Shown: positions 48,345-58,270, numbered from the stretch's first letter. The stretch is DNA of 64,000 bases from Lentisphaerota bacterium (GCA_030590485.1 JAUUYL010000003.1:6977-70976), one strand, 5' to 3'. The notes: generated from the sequence alone by a model not told the origin. Made by a program: numbers and translations.

Positions 48345-49028
48345 ATGAGTTATACTAGAGAAGAAGTTGCAAAGACGATAGACCATGCGGTCCTTAAGCC
48401 AGATCAAACGGATGCGGATCTTAAAGCTAACGCACAGATGTGCATCAATAACAAAACTGCCAGCATGTGCGTGAAGCCATGTGATGTTAAGCAAGCAGCA
48501 GGACTGCTCAAGGATAGCGCGGTCATGGTGTCATGCGTGTTAAGTTTTCCGCATGGAGCCGAAGCCACGCCTACCAAAGCGTTTGCAACGAAGCAGGCTA
48601 TAGAGGACGGCGTTCAGGAAATAGATATGGTCATGAATGTCGGCAAATTCCTGTCAGGTGATTATGATTATGTCCGTGACGATATTAAGGCTGTCGTTGA
48701 TGTGGCACATGCTTCCGATGTCGCTGTAAAGGTAATCCAGGAAAGCGCCTTTTTGACGCTGGAACAGGTTGCTAAAGCATGCGAGCTTTCTCAGGAGGCT
48801 GGCGCTGATTTTGTTAAGACATCCACAGGTTTCGGGCCCGGCTCAGCAACCCCGGAGATTATTGACGTTATGATAAAGACCGTTGGCGACAAGATGAAGG
48901 TCAAGCCATCAGGCGGTATCCGCACATGGGAGACAGCTGTCGCATATCTTGAGCAGGGCGTAGACAGGCTGGGCGTTGGATCTACCGAGGCGGTACTTGA
49001 TGGCTCAGAAGCTGAGGGTGATTATTAA
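48345..49028 (+). CDS. deoC: deoxyribose-phosphate aldolase
   Basis: It is a class I aldolase with the Schiff-base Lys context ADFVKTSTGF, and the 227-aa length fits. Confidence 0.9.
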   Translation: MSYTREEVAKTIDHAVLKPDQTDADLKANAQMCINNKTASMCVKPCDVKQAAGLLKDSAVMVSCVLSFPHGAEATPTKAFATKQAIEDGVQEIDMVMNVGKFLSGDYDYVRDDIKAVVDVAHASDVAVKVIQESAFLTLEQVAKACELSQEAGADFVKTSTGFGPGSATPEIIDVMIKTVGDKMKVKPSGGIRTWETAVAYLEQGVDRLGVGSTEAVLDGSEAEGDY

Positions 49029-49230
49029 AGCTATCGAACTTTCAAACTCAATTCTGACTGCACGCATCGACGAGATGGGCGCAGAGCTTAAGAGTCTTAA
49101 GGAAAAATCTACAGACACAGAATATATCTGGTAGTCCGATCCCGAATGGTGGACCGGCGCGGCCCCTATCCTGTTCCCCATAGTCGGCGGCCTCGATGAT
49201 ATTGTTGAAGCTTATAAATTGATAAAGTAG
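49027..49230 (+). pseudogene. aldose-1-epimerase (mutarotase YeaD/LacX-like) N-terminal fragment with internal amber stop
   Basis: It reads KAIELSNSILTARIDEMGAELKSLKEKSTDTEYIW*SDPEWWTGAAPILFPIVGGLDDIVEAYKLIK* in a single frame. It has no start codon and carries an in-frame TAG at 49132-49134. About 230 codons are missing. Confidence 0.5.
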
Positions 49231-49297
49231 GGCGAAGCACTTGTATCGTAGAGGTGCCGTCCGATTAAGATTAAGAGCTCAACAAAGGAGTACTGAT

Positions 49298-49558
49298 ATG
49301 AGCGATGAAGGTATGACCATGAACCTGAGAATTAAGCTAAGCGCGATGATGTTTCTGCAATTCATGATGTTTGCAGTATGGTGGGTTCCGCTAGGTGCGT
49401 ATATGGCTGGAACATTGAAATTATCTCATCCTGCCACGGCAAACATCTTCAACACTATATCGGCTGTATTACTGGTAGCTTATCTGGTTCTTTTCCGCGA
49501 GAAGCTTGGCGGGGAGAAAGCCGACACAAAAGCGCCTGAAGATGCACCAGCAGGATAA
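49298..49558 (+). pseudogene. nucleoside:H+ symporter (NupG/XapB family) N-terminal fragment
   Basis: It reads MSDEGMTMNLRIKLSAMMFLQFMMFAVWWVPLGAYMAGTLKLS..., which matches the NupG N-terminus (MNLKLQLKILSFLQFCLWGSWLTTLGSYMFVTLKF). It ends after 86 codons, against about 418 for NupG. It sits next to deoC. Confidence 0.5.
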
Positions 49559-49616
49559 CTATTGTTTTGAGGCAGCTGTCATTCCGAGCCTACCGAGGAA
49601 TCTAAAGTTTCATGAT

Positions 49617-50699
49617 CTATATTTCGTCTGTTGTGTCAGCTTGCTGACGAATGGCTTCTTCATGAATGCCCTGGAAGAGCTGAAAGATGAAATTCTCTGA
49701 TAGTTGCAGGTCTTGCCCTGCCTCAATTCTGCTTTTTATTATTTCCTTCCAGCGATGAGGCTGAAGGGCTGACACATTATTGGCAAGTTTCAGGGCCCAC
49801 ATGTCCTGCACAATCTCCATACGTTTGCCGAGTAGCTCGAGGACGTTATTGTCAATGTGGTCGACTTCCGTACGAAGCTCTTTCAGTCTCGTCTTAAACT
49901 CCTGACTGTCGCTGAGTTCCCGCTTGAGTGTCAGGCGGTCGACAAGAGAATGGTATTGTTTGGGAGTGAGCTGTTGTTCGGCATCGCTCAAGGCCTTGGT
50001 CGGATCAATATGCACCTCGACCATCAGACCGTCATAGAGCAGGTCCAGTGCTTCCTGTGCGACAGAGAAAATTAATTCTGATTTTCCGCAGATATGGCTT
50101 GGGTCGCAAAGTATGGGAATCTCGGGCAGACGGCGTTTAAGTTCAATAGGTATCTTCCAGTTGGGTGCGAATCGGTAGATGCTCTGCCGTGAGGAGCTGA
50201 ATCCCCGGTGGATCGCCCCTATCTTCTTTAAGCCGACAGCATGCATGCGTTCAATCGCGCCCAGCCACAGTTCAATGTCGGGGCTGATCGGGTTCTTGAT
50301 TAATATCGGCATATCTGTACCCTTCAACGCATCGGCGATTGCCTGCACCGCGAAAGGGTTGGGTGTGGTTCTGGCTCCGATCCAGACGATATCGATGTTG
50401 TGTTTCAGGCAGGCTTCGACATGCTCAGGGGTTGCCACTTCAATGCCTATAGGTATGTTATATTCATCTCGCGCCCTGGTCAGCCAGTCCAAACCCTCGA
50501 TACCGACACCTTCAAAAGAACCTGGTCTTGTCCTGGGCTTCCACAACCCTACTCGCATAAAACTGATGTTAGAATCTGCGAGGCCCTTGGCTGTAGCCAT
50601 CACCTGTTCTTCAGATTCTGCACTACATGGTCCCGCCGAAAGAAGCAGGTTCTTTACAGGCAGTCCCCATTCGTTTAGAGGTGTAAGTGATAATTCCAT
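49617..50699 (-). CDS. 3-deoxy-7-phosphoheptulonate synthase (AroA(G)/KDO8PS-like type) fused to C-terminal chorismate mutase
   Basis: It has an N-terminal DAHPS/KDOPS-family TIM barrel (GPCSAESEEQV, LWKPRTRP) and a C-terminal AroQ-like helical domain of about 90 aa. Confidence 0.75.
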   Translation of the reverse strand: MELSLTPLNEWGLPVKNLLLSAGPCSAESEEQVMATAKGLADSNISFMRVGLWKPRTRPGSFEGVGIEGLDWLTRARDEYNIPIGIEVATPEHVEACLKHNIDIVWIGARTTPNPFAVQAIADALKGTDMPILIKNPISPDIELWLGAIERMHAVGLKKIGAIHRGFSSSRQSIYRFAPNWKIPIELKRRLPEIPILCDPSHICGKSELIFSVAQEALDLLYDGLMVEVHIDPTKALSDAEQQLTPKQYHSLVDRLTLKRELSDSQEFKTRLKELRTEVDHIDNNVLELLGKRMEIVQDMWALKLANNVSALQPHRWKEIIKSRIEAGQDLQLSENFIFQLFQGIHEEAIRQQADTTDEI

Positions 50700-50800
50700 A
50701 ATCTATTCTTTGTACTCTTATAGAGCGGAGGAAGCAAGAATAGTTGCCGGGGCGGCTTGAAAAAGGTTAGCCGTTTATTGGTGCATCTTTGTTAACTTCG

Positions 50801-51088
50801 TCAATCTTGAGAAAAACAATACCGCCCTTCTTCTCTGTTGAAATGAGTAATTCGAATGGTGCAACCACCACAATGTATGGTATGTCCGCAGCCCTGAGGC
50901 GAGGCTGCATATGCGCTCTCGAACACATCACCTGGGGCAAATCCTTCTATCTCATCGAGATTCTTGCCCAAAAGAGCCAACGCTTTTGAGTTGGCAGTCT
51001 CTTTATCGGCGTCATCTATCAGGCACGCCTTAAGATGGTAGCCTGAATGAATTGTTTGATTGAATTTCCCGCAGTTTATCTTGAACAA
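50801..51088 (-). CDS. hypothetical small Cys/His-containing protein
   Basis: The 95-aa ORF starts at a TTG codon that the track labels M. It has a C-terminal cluster CGHTIHCGGC, overlaps the upstream paralog by 59 nt, and is the last gene of a four-gene co-directional cluster. Confidence 0.3.
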   Translation of the reverse strand: MFKINCGKFNQTIHSGYHLKACLIDDADKETANSKALALLGKNLDEIEGFAPGDVFESAYAASPQGCGHTIHCGGCTIRITHFNREEGRYCFSQD

Positions 51089-51533
51089 CTTTCACGTGCT
51101 CGTGGGTATCGGTTGAGAGTCTGTCGGCAATAATTCTGTATTCCGAGGCATCTGAGTTCACTATATCATAAAAATGAGCATCCAGGACGGAGGATTCTAT
51201 ACCAAGAGCTGTTTTAATTGCAGTCTCTTGCGAAATAGGATTTTCTTTCGCGTCACTTATTGAATCATTCATCTTTTGAAGAAAGGCGTCTGTGTTCGTT
51301 GACTCAAATCTGCCAATGTTTTGAAAGATATTTCCCTTTGCCAGTTGTTTATGCATTGATCGGAGAAGATCCGCATGGATTTTTTCCTTCTTAGATAAAT
51401 CCTGCCAAAACTCTTCCATTTCAGGAATGGACATTGCGTAGACGGAATAAAGCGTTGATATGGCTTCTTCGCAAAGAACTAGATTGTCAATTATTGCACT
51501 TTGAATCTCTATAATCTTTTCTTTTGCATTCAT
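51030..51533 (-). CDS. ferritin-like four-helix-bundle protein, paralog B
   Basis: The 167-aa ORF has a predicted all-helical fold and a recurring E...ExxH pattern (EEAISTLY...EKIHADLL; THEHV). It is a paralog of the adjacent 185-aa gene. Confidence 0.4.
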   Translation of the reverse strand: MNAKEKIIEIQSAIIDNLVLCEEAISTLYSVYAMSIPEMEEFWQDLSKKEKIHADLLRSMHKQLAKGNIFQNIGRFESTNTDAFLQKMNDSISDAKENPISQETAIKTALGIESSVLDAHFYDIVNSDASEYRIIADRLSTDTHEHVKVVQDKLREIQSNNSFRLPS

Positions 51534-51534
51534 A

Positions 51535-52092
51535 TTATAGCTCTACGACTTGATCGTTGTTGTCTTTTGCTTTATTAAGACCATCTTCCACAAGCTTGAT
51601 ATGTTGTTTTGTGTGACGTTCGATTGCCTCCAGCTCTTTCTTTATGTGAGAGATATTGGTTTCTATAACTTGAAAATAACCCGCTTCAATAAGTGAATGT
51701 TCAATATCTACTGCAAGAGAAAATGCACAAATAGGCGTGATTCCTTGGGCGGACACTTTGGCAATCTCCTTTTTTATGTGTTCGATGTTTGTCTGAATGG
51801 CGTCAACATTGAACTTGCTCGGGTTAAAATATACGTCTTCTGATTCACACAATTCCGCAAGTTGTTTGAGCACTTCGCCATGAGCCTTTTCTTGAATGAC
51901 AAGGTTGCTCCAGAAGGCTTCCAATTCTGGCAACGCTACGCTGAATGCGGCATAAAGAGAAGCTATAGTCTCTTCCTGGGTTGACAGAGCAGTGATAATA
52001 TCAAAACGAGATGGATTCGTCATTCGCATACCTCCTTTTACGCTTTGTTTAATAAACATTTCAAATGGAGTATATGAGATATCGTTAATCAT
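51535..52092 (-). CDS. ferritin-like four-helix-bundle protein, paralog A
   Basis: The 185-aa ORF aligns with paralog B (QEETIASLY...QEKAHGEVL; ELEAIERH). It is separated from paralog B by 1 nt. Confidence 0.4.
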   Translation of the reverse strand: MINDISYTPFEMFIKQSVKGGMRMTNPSRFDIITALSTQEETIASLYAAFSVALPELEAFWSNLVIQEKAHGEVLKQLAELCESEDVYFNPSKFNVDAIQTNIEHIKKEIAKVSAQGITPICAFSLAVDIEHSLIEAGYFQVIETNISHIKKELEAIERHTKQHIKLVEDGLNKAKDNNDQVVEL

Positions 52093-52257
52093 CTCAAAAC
52101 CCCAATAATATTTTTGTTATTCCAGCAGATGAGATGTGGCAACATACCCTCTGCAGTTCCCCCTATTCTATACTTAGCAGTTGAGTGGTCAAGCGGAATG
52201 CCTGGATAATCATTAAGGTTTAAAGCTGACATTGGAGCCTTCCTGTCATAGATTCTT

Positions 52258-54273
52258 GTGATGGAGGAGAAAACCAGAATAATACCTATAGAGGCAGTAC
52301 CCAACGAACCGTTCAAGGTGGACTTTCATGGTGAACCGCTTGCCGAGTTGATGGATCGTAATTTCCTGGATTATGCTTCATACGTAATATGCGAGCGAGC
52401 TATCCCGAGCCTTTCAGACGGCCTCAAGCCTGTTCAGCGCCGCATTCTGCATTCGATGAACGAGATGGATGACGGGCGTTTCATTAAGGTCGCTAATGTG
52501 ATCGGCAACACCATGCAGTATCATCCGCATGGTGACGCCTCTATCGGGGCCGCATTGGTCAATCTGGCAAACCGAAGTTGTCTTATCGATAAACAGGGTA
52601 ATTTCGGAAACACCTTTACCGGCGACCCAGCCGCCGCCCCGCGTTATATAGAATGCCGTCTTACGAATATGGCACGCGATCAGCTTTTCAATAAGAACAT
52701 TACCGAGTATGTCCCATCTTATGATGGCAGGAACATGGAGCCGGTAGAATTCCCCTGCAAACTACCGCTTCTGTTGATGATGGGTACAGAAGGAATTGCC
52801 GTGGGTATGTCCACCCGTATCCTACCTCACAATCTGGGCGAGCTGCTGGATGCCCAGATAGCCTTGGTCAGCGGAAAGCAGGTGAAACTTCTTCCCGATT
52901 TTATCCAAGGCGGCCTAATGGATGTTGCAGAATATGATGAGGGGCGAGGCACAGTAAGGCTTAGAGCCAGGATTGAGGACCGGGAGGACGGCTCGCTTTA
53001 TATAACTGAGATACCTTTCAGCACAAATACCGATTCACTTGTAGCGTCGATTGACGATGCTGTCCGCGCCCGAAAGTTACCCATATCATCAATCAACAAC
53101 TATACAGCCGAAACAGTTAATATTGAATTGGTGTTGAAATCTGAGGCCGACACGGAAACGCTTATCAGTAAGCTTTATGCATTTACGCAATGCGATGTGG
53201 TGCTCAACAGCAGTATCATTGTACTAAAAGATAAGAAGCCGGTTGTACTGAAAGCGCATGAGCTACTTCACGAGAATACAAAACAACTTTTCAAGGTTCT
53301 TAAGAAGGAACTGCAGTTTCAGAAGCATGCCGCACTTGAAGCAATCCAGGCCCGGACTCTGCAACGAATCTTCATTGAAGAGAAAGTATATCAGGTTCTG
53401 GAATATTGCCTCGCGAAGGATGATATATCACGACTGACTAAAACACGCATGGAGCGCTACAAAGCAGAGTTTCTCAGGGATATCACAGACGCGGATATAC
53501 AGACACTGTTATCCATAAGGATAAGACAGATATCCGGCTATGATATGGATAAGAATCTACGCGTGATCAAAAAGATCAACAAAGACTTGGAACAAATCAA
53601 TTGGCGCCTGGACAACATGAAGAGACATGTTCTCAAGACATTACGAGACATGAAGAAGCAATATTGCCCTGAGACGGTTCGGCGCACAGAGATCACATCT
53701 TTCGAGCAGATCAAAAGAAAAGAACTGACGGCTAACGAAATCAAGATGTCGTTCAACAGCGAAACCGGATATGTTGGCTCAAAGATTGATGGTGATCGCT
53801 CCATCGAATGTTCTCCCTATGATAAGATAGTTTTAATCTGGAACAACGGTCGCTGCAAAGTGATCCGGCCATGCGAAAAGTTATTTACGGATGTTAACCT
53901 GGTCTATTTTGCGAAGGTGGACGCAAAGCGAATCTTGACCATTGTCTATAGCCAGGATGGGTTCTCATATCTCAAACGATTCAAATTCAGCGGCGCCGTC
54001 CAGAACAAGATTTATCGTTGCGCGCCCAGGAATGCAAAAATAATGTTCTCCAGCGATCAAGAACATGAAAAACTATATGTGAAATACCAGCCTTATGACG
54101 GCATGCAGATTGCCCAGCAGTATTTTGAACCAAGCGGTTTACCTGTGCAGAAAGTTCAAAGCGCCGGCAAACAGATGACATCCAAGGTAATCGACAAAAT
54201 AGCAACAGAGATGCCAAAATGGTGGGACGAAGAAGCAAAAGCCCCACGCGGCGTCTTTATGGATATGATATAA
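52258..54273 (+). CDS. type IIA topoisomerase subunit A (ParC/GyrA-like) with short C-terminal domain
   Basis: It has the motifs GLKPVQRRILHSM, YHPHGD, the active-site Tyr context AAPRYIECRL, and winged-helix/tower regions. It has only 671 aa, with about two beta-pinwheel blades at the C-terminus. Confidence 0.8.
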   Translation: MMEEKTRIIPIEAVPNEPFKVDFHGEPLAELMDRNFLDYASYVICERAIPSLSDGLKPVQRRILHSMNEMDDGRFIKVANVIGNTMQYHPHGDASIGAALVNLANRSCLIDKQGNFGNTFTGDPAAAPRYIECRLTNMARDQLFNKNITEYVPSYDGRNMEPVEFPCKLPLLLMMGTEGIAVGMSTRILPHNLGELLDAQIALVSGKQVKLLPDFIQGGLMDVAEYDEGRGTVRLRARIEDREDGSLYITEIPFSTNTDSLVASIDDAVRARKLPISSINNYTAETVNIELVLKSEADTETLISKLYAFTQCDVVLNSSIIVLKDKKPVVLKAHELLHENTKQLFKVLKKELQFQKHAALEAIQARTLQRIFIEEKVYQVLEYCLAKDDISRLTKTRMERYKAEFLRDITDADIQTLLSIRIRQISGYDMDKNLRVIKKINKDLEQINWRLDNMKRHVLKTLRDMKKQYCPETVRRTEITSFEQIKRKELTANEIKMSFNSETGYVGSKIDGDRSIECSPYDKIVLIWNNGRCKVIRPCEKLFTDVNLVYFAKVDAKRILTIVYSQDGFSYLKRFKFSGAVQNKIYRCAPRNAKIMFSSDQEHEKLYVKYQPYDGMQIAQQYFEPSGLPVQKVQSAGKQMTSKVIDKIATEMPKWWDEEAKAPRGVFMDMI

Positions 54274-54424
54274 TGGACTGTGGGTTCTTTACATGGCCGG
54301 AGTTTCATTAGGGTTCACTGCCGGATCAATGCATATTTGTCAGGTAGTTGCTGTTAAGAAAGAAAATGAAGGTGGCTCGGAACTGCCGCCGACTCGTGAA
54401 TATCTTTATTCCGATAAGTAATTA

Positions 54425-56275
54425 CTACTTATGGTATTTGCGTTTAGGGTCTTTTGGTTTTCTCTTTGGGCGCTTCTCGCGTTTTGGGTGCATGCCTGTC
54501 TCAACTGACCCAAACTTATTTGCCTCTTTTCGGCGTTCAGTTCGCTTGAAGCGTTTGCTTTGCTTGTCGTCATGAACCTGTTCCACTCGCACCTCACGAC
54601 CATGGTAATCAGCTCCGCCGAGCGATACCAGAATAGCCGAGACATTGGGGGGCGCGACTTCAAAGAAAGAGAACCTCTTCATAATGTCAACCTTTCCAAC
54701 AGTCACTTCGTGTCCGCTTTCGCCGTTAATCAGGCCGGACAGCTTCTTAGGATCAAGGCCATCAGATTTACCAAGGTTGATAAACATACGAACCGAGCTT
54801 GCCGGCTTTGGCCGTTCTTTACGCTCTGGTCTTTCGCTACGCTCGCTTGTCTTCCTGCGATCTGACCTTTCATTCCGATCGTCCTTCCTTCGGCGATCTG
54901 GTCGCTCGTTACGTCCGCGTGATTCTCTCTGGTTCGAGCGGTGTGAGTCAGGAGCAACATTCAGATCATCCGCACCACGGTAATATTTGAGCAGATTGTT
55001 AAACTCAAGTGATACAAAACGTTTTATGATCTCATCCCCGTCCATATCTTTCAGTGATTCAATGATAGCGGGTAGATATTTATCGATCTGCTTGTGGTCG
55101 ACCTCAACGTTCTTCATGCGTTCGATCAGACTAAAGAGCTGTGCTTCGCATATCTCGCGACCGGAAGGTGTGTCGCGGTACTCAAATTTCTTGTTAATCA
55201 TTTTCTCGATACGGCGGACTTTTCCTTTTTCGCGCATATTGACAATCACAGCTGATATACCGTTTTTACCGGCGCGCCCGGTACGTCCACTGCGATGGGT
55301 ATAACTACCCAGGTCATCAGGAAGATTATAATTGATAACATGTGTCAGGTCAGTGACATCCAATCCGCGAGCTGCCACATCGGTTGCCACCAAAATCTGG
55401 AGAGCTTTTGAGCGAAACTTCTTCATTACAGCATCGCGCTGTCCTTGAGAAAGATCACCATGTAATGCGTCTACGTTGTAGCCATCTCGGATCAGCCAAT
55501 TGGCCACATTCTGGGTATCCTGACGAGTACGGCAGAATACTATGGCATACATGTCCGGATAGTAATCAGCCAAACGTTTCAAAGCGCGGTAACGATCCTT
55601 CTGATGGACTATATAACATTCATGAGAGACATTCTCAGCTCCGGCATTGCGCTGTCCGATCGTGATCTCCTCCGCATCCTTCATGTATTTGCGAGCAATT
55701 GAAGCTACCTGCTTGGGCATTGTGGCGGAAAACAGCAGAGTATGTGCAGTTTTAGGAACTTCAGAGAGAATGGCTTCAAGATCTTCCTGAAAGCCCATGT
55801 TGAGCATCTCGTCGGCTTCATCGAGTATCACCCGCTCAACTCCGCTCAAGTCTGCCTTCTTGCGACGCAGGATATCAAGCATCCGACCCGGTGTAGCTAC
55901 AATGACCTGAACGCCCTTTTGCAAAGCTCTCAGCTGGGTATGGATGGGCGTTCCACCATAAACAGAAACAATGCTAACATCTGGCGAGCAGGCTGCAAAT
56001 GCCTCCAAGTCACGAGCAATCTGCACACATAATTCTCGTGTCGGACAGAGTACTAATGCCTGAGGTGCCCGATTGTAAGAATCGAGCATATTGAGGATTG
56101 GCAGACCAAAAGCGGCGGTTTTGCCGGTACCGGTCTGGGCTAACGCCACCATATCGCCCTTGTTTGCCAGGAGTCGTGGTATAACCTGAGCCTGGACAGG
56201 GGTCGGTTCTTTAAATCCCATACGGGATATGGCGTTCAGAATCTCCGGCTCCAAACCGAGTTCTTCAAAATTCAT
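54425..56275 (-). CDS. DEAD-box ATP-dependent RNA helicase (DeaD/CsdA-like) with Arg-rich linker and basic tail
   Basis: It has a Q-motif, Walker A AQTGTGKT, a DEAD box (VILDEADEM), SAT and HRSGRTGRAG motifs. A C-terminal DbpA-like RNA-binding region and R/K-rich tails are present. Confidence 0.9.
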   Translation of the reverse strand: MNFEELGLEPEILNAISRMGFKEPTPVQAQVIPRLLANKGDMVALAQTGTGKTAAFGLPILNMLDSYNRAPQALVLCPTRELCVQIARDLEAFAACSPDVSIVSVYGGTPIHTQLRALQKGVQVIVATPGRMLDILRRKKADLSGVERVILDEADEMLNMGFQEDLEAILSEVPKTAHTLLFSATMPKQVASIARKYMKDAEEITIGQRNAGAENVSHECYIVHQKDRYRALKRLADYYPDMYAIVFCRTRQDTQNVANWLIRDGYNVDALHGDLSQGQRDAVMKKFRSKALQILVATDVAARGLDVTDLTHVINYNLPDDLGSYTHRSGRTGRAGKNGISAVIVNMREKGKVRRIEKMINKKFEYRDTPSGREICEAQLFSLIERMKNVEVDHKQIDKYLPAIIESLKDMDGDEIIKRFVSLEFNNLLKYYRGADDLNVAPDSHRSNQRESRGRNERPDRRRKDDRNERSDRRKTSERSERPERKERPKPASSVRMFINLGKSDGLDPKKLSGLINGESGHEVTVGKVDIMKRFSFFEVAPPNVSAILVSLGGADYHGREVRVEQVHDDKQSKRFKRTERRKEANKFGSVETGMHPKREKRPKRKPKDPKRKYHK

Positions 56276-56447
56276 GATTATTCCTTCTTAGACTTCTCGC
56301 ACAGGATATATAGATATATTGCCGTACCGATATTCACTCCTGCGGAAATACCGGAATCTCATTAAGCGCGCGGAGTCTGAAGGCTGGCAGTCTAAAAGTC
56401 AACTACATTAACCTGCAATTCTAAAAATTGCTAAGAATATACAGGAT

Positions 56448-56915
56448 CTACCATTCAATATCGATGATAGCGATTGTCATTATCGCGGCACCAGCTATAG
56501 CCAGACCTGCATGGGTATCAATTTCCATCTTATCTCCATCGTCATCATAACTGCCAGCAGCGGCTAAAACGCCGGCTGTCAGGGCAATTGCGCCAATTGT
56601 GCCGAGCATGATATGAACGTTGTCTCTTGTGAAAAGTCCGTCGCTGAGATCAAAACGTTCGCGATGTTCAGCTGTTCCTAACAGGACTGTTGTCAATGCG
56701 CATGCAGCTGTTGCATATGCCAGGCCTTCATGAAGCTCGACATCGTCAACATTACCAGGTTTGGTAGCTGCTGTAGCGGCTGCCAGAACAATAGTTCCAA
56801 AACCAAAGTACTTATGGGCAGTACCCAAGCCCTCTGCAACGGCGGATAGAGGCAAAACACCCAATATCATAGCGGCTAACAATAGGATTCCGATTGGTTT
56901 ACGTGCACGTGACAT
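56448..56915 (-). CDS. hypothetical membrane protein with internal duplication
   Basis: It has four hydrophobic segments and internally repeated HEGLAYATAAC.../HAGLAIAGAAI... halves. Confidence 0.4.
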   Translation of the reverse strand: MSRARKPIGILLLAAMILGVLPLSAVAEGLGTAHKYFGFGTIVLAAATAATKPGNVDDVELHEGLAYATAACALTTVLLGTAEHRERFDLSDGLFTRDNVHIMLGTIGAIALTAGVLAAAGSYDDDGDKMEIDTHAGLAIAGAAIMTIAIIDIEW

Positions 56916-57085
56916 ATTAATGTCCTTTCAATTTTGCCTGATGAGTCAGGCTTGTTTTGCCTCTGGTTACCAAGAAGTATCTGCCTACCTTCAATAAAAG
57001 TCAAAGACAACTTGGATTTATTAATGAATTCTCTCACTACCACTTTCTAATCGACTTTTCCAACTCTACGGCTGAGAATCCTTTA

Positions 57086-58270
57086 ATGGGAAAAACGATT
57101 CTTCATGTTGATATGGATGCATTTTTTGCGTCTGTTGAACAACTGGATCATCCCGAATATGCGGGTAAACCAGTCGTTGTAGGCTCTCCGCGTGATAAAC
57201 GAGGAGTTGTCGCTGCGGCGTCATATGAAGCAAGAAAATACGGTATCCATTCGGCTATGCCATCACGTGAGGCCGCACGTCGCTGTCCTAAAGCAATCTT
57301 TCTGCCACCCAATATGGCACGCTATAAGGAAGTATCCGAACAGGTGTTTGCCATTTTTGATAAGTTTACACCATATAAGGAACCTGTTTCCATAGATGAA
57401 GCTTTTCTCGATGTCACGGGGGCATTGCGTATTTTGGGAACAGGTCCTGATATAGCTCGACAGATAAAGACGGCCGTAAAAATAGAGACGGGCTTAACAG
57501 CATCTGTCGGCGTGGCCATAAATAAGTTTCTTGCCAAAATCGCCAGTGATCTTGAGAAGCCGGATGGTCTCACAATCGTTCCTTCGGAGCCGGATCGAAT
57601 CAAAGAGTTTCTCGCACCCCTGGAAATAGGACGTATATGGGGTGTCGGTAAGGTCATGCGCAAGAAATTGGAGCTCGCAGGCTACTTTACCATCGGACAG
57701 CTTCAGCAGGCCTCTTCGGAAAGACTGATGAAAATACTGGGTGAACATTCGGCTAATCACCTCGCAGCCATGGCCATCGGCGAGGACACAAGGAAACTGA
57801 AGATGGACAGAGAGCAGAAGAGTTTTTCCCGTGAATATACTTTTGCCGAAGACTGTAGCGACAGCGAAGAGCTTGAACGGGTACTTTGCTCACTCGTGGA
57901 AGACGTCGGATCTCAGCTTCGGGTAGCTGGTAAATATGGCAATACAGTACAATTGAAGTTGAGATGGCAGGACTTCGAGACCATTACCCGTCAGCGCCGC
58001 TTCTCCTCGCCCTGCTGCGATGATTCATCTCTGAGGGAACTGGTAATGGCAATATTTCTTGATCAGGAAATAATCAAACCGGTGCGTTTAATAGGCTTTG
58101 GCGTCAGTAATGTTGTCAGCAAGAAACCGCCAGAACAGGTTGACTTGTTTGATACAGGCTCAAAGTCAAAGCATAAAAGAGAGACAATCAGCCGAACGGT
58201 CGATGATATACGCAAAAAATTCGGGAGCGACAGCATTTCGTCCGCAGGCACTATGACAACTGATGATTGA
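57086..58270 (+). CDS. dinB: DNA polymerase IV
   Basis: The Y-family N-terminus reads ILHVDMDAFFASVEQ, followed by SIDEAFLDV and little-finger domains. The start was set at ATG 57086, because the upstream portion of the track ORF lacks homology. Confidence 0.9.
   Translation: MGKTILHVDMDAFFASVEQLDHPEYAGKPVVVGSPRDKRGVVAAASYEARKYGIHSAMPSREAARRCPKAIFLPPNMARYKEVSEQVFAIFDKFTPYKEPVSIDEAFLDVTGALRILGTGPDIARQIKTAVKIETGLTASVGVAINKFLAKIASDLEKPDGLTIVPSEPDRIKEFLAPLEIGRIWGVGKVMRKKLELAGYFTIGQLQQASSERLMKILGEHSANHLAAMAIGEDTRKLKMDREQKSFSREYTFAEDCSDSEELERVLCSLVEDVGSQLRVAGKYGNTVQLKLRWQDFETITRQRRFSSPCCDDSSLRELVMAIFLDQEIIKPVRLIGFGVSNVVSKKPPEQVDLFDTGSKSKHKRETISRTVDDIRKKFGSDSISSAGTMTTDD

Noticed and set aside
50179-50760. 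193-aa plus-strand ORF
   Set aside because: It is antisense to the DAHP synthase-chorismate mutase gene.
52089-52316. 75-aa minus-strand ORF at the head of the ferritin-like cluster
   Set aside because: Its 5' part overlaps the parC-like start on the opposite strand. Only a shorter version of about 47 aa from an internal Met is plausible, and there is no homology. It is mentioned in the findings but not called as a confident gene.
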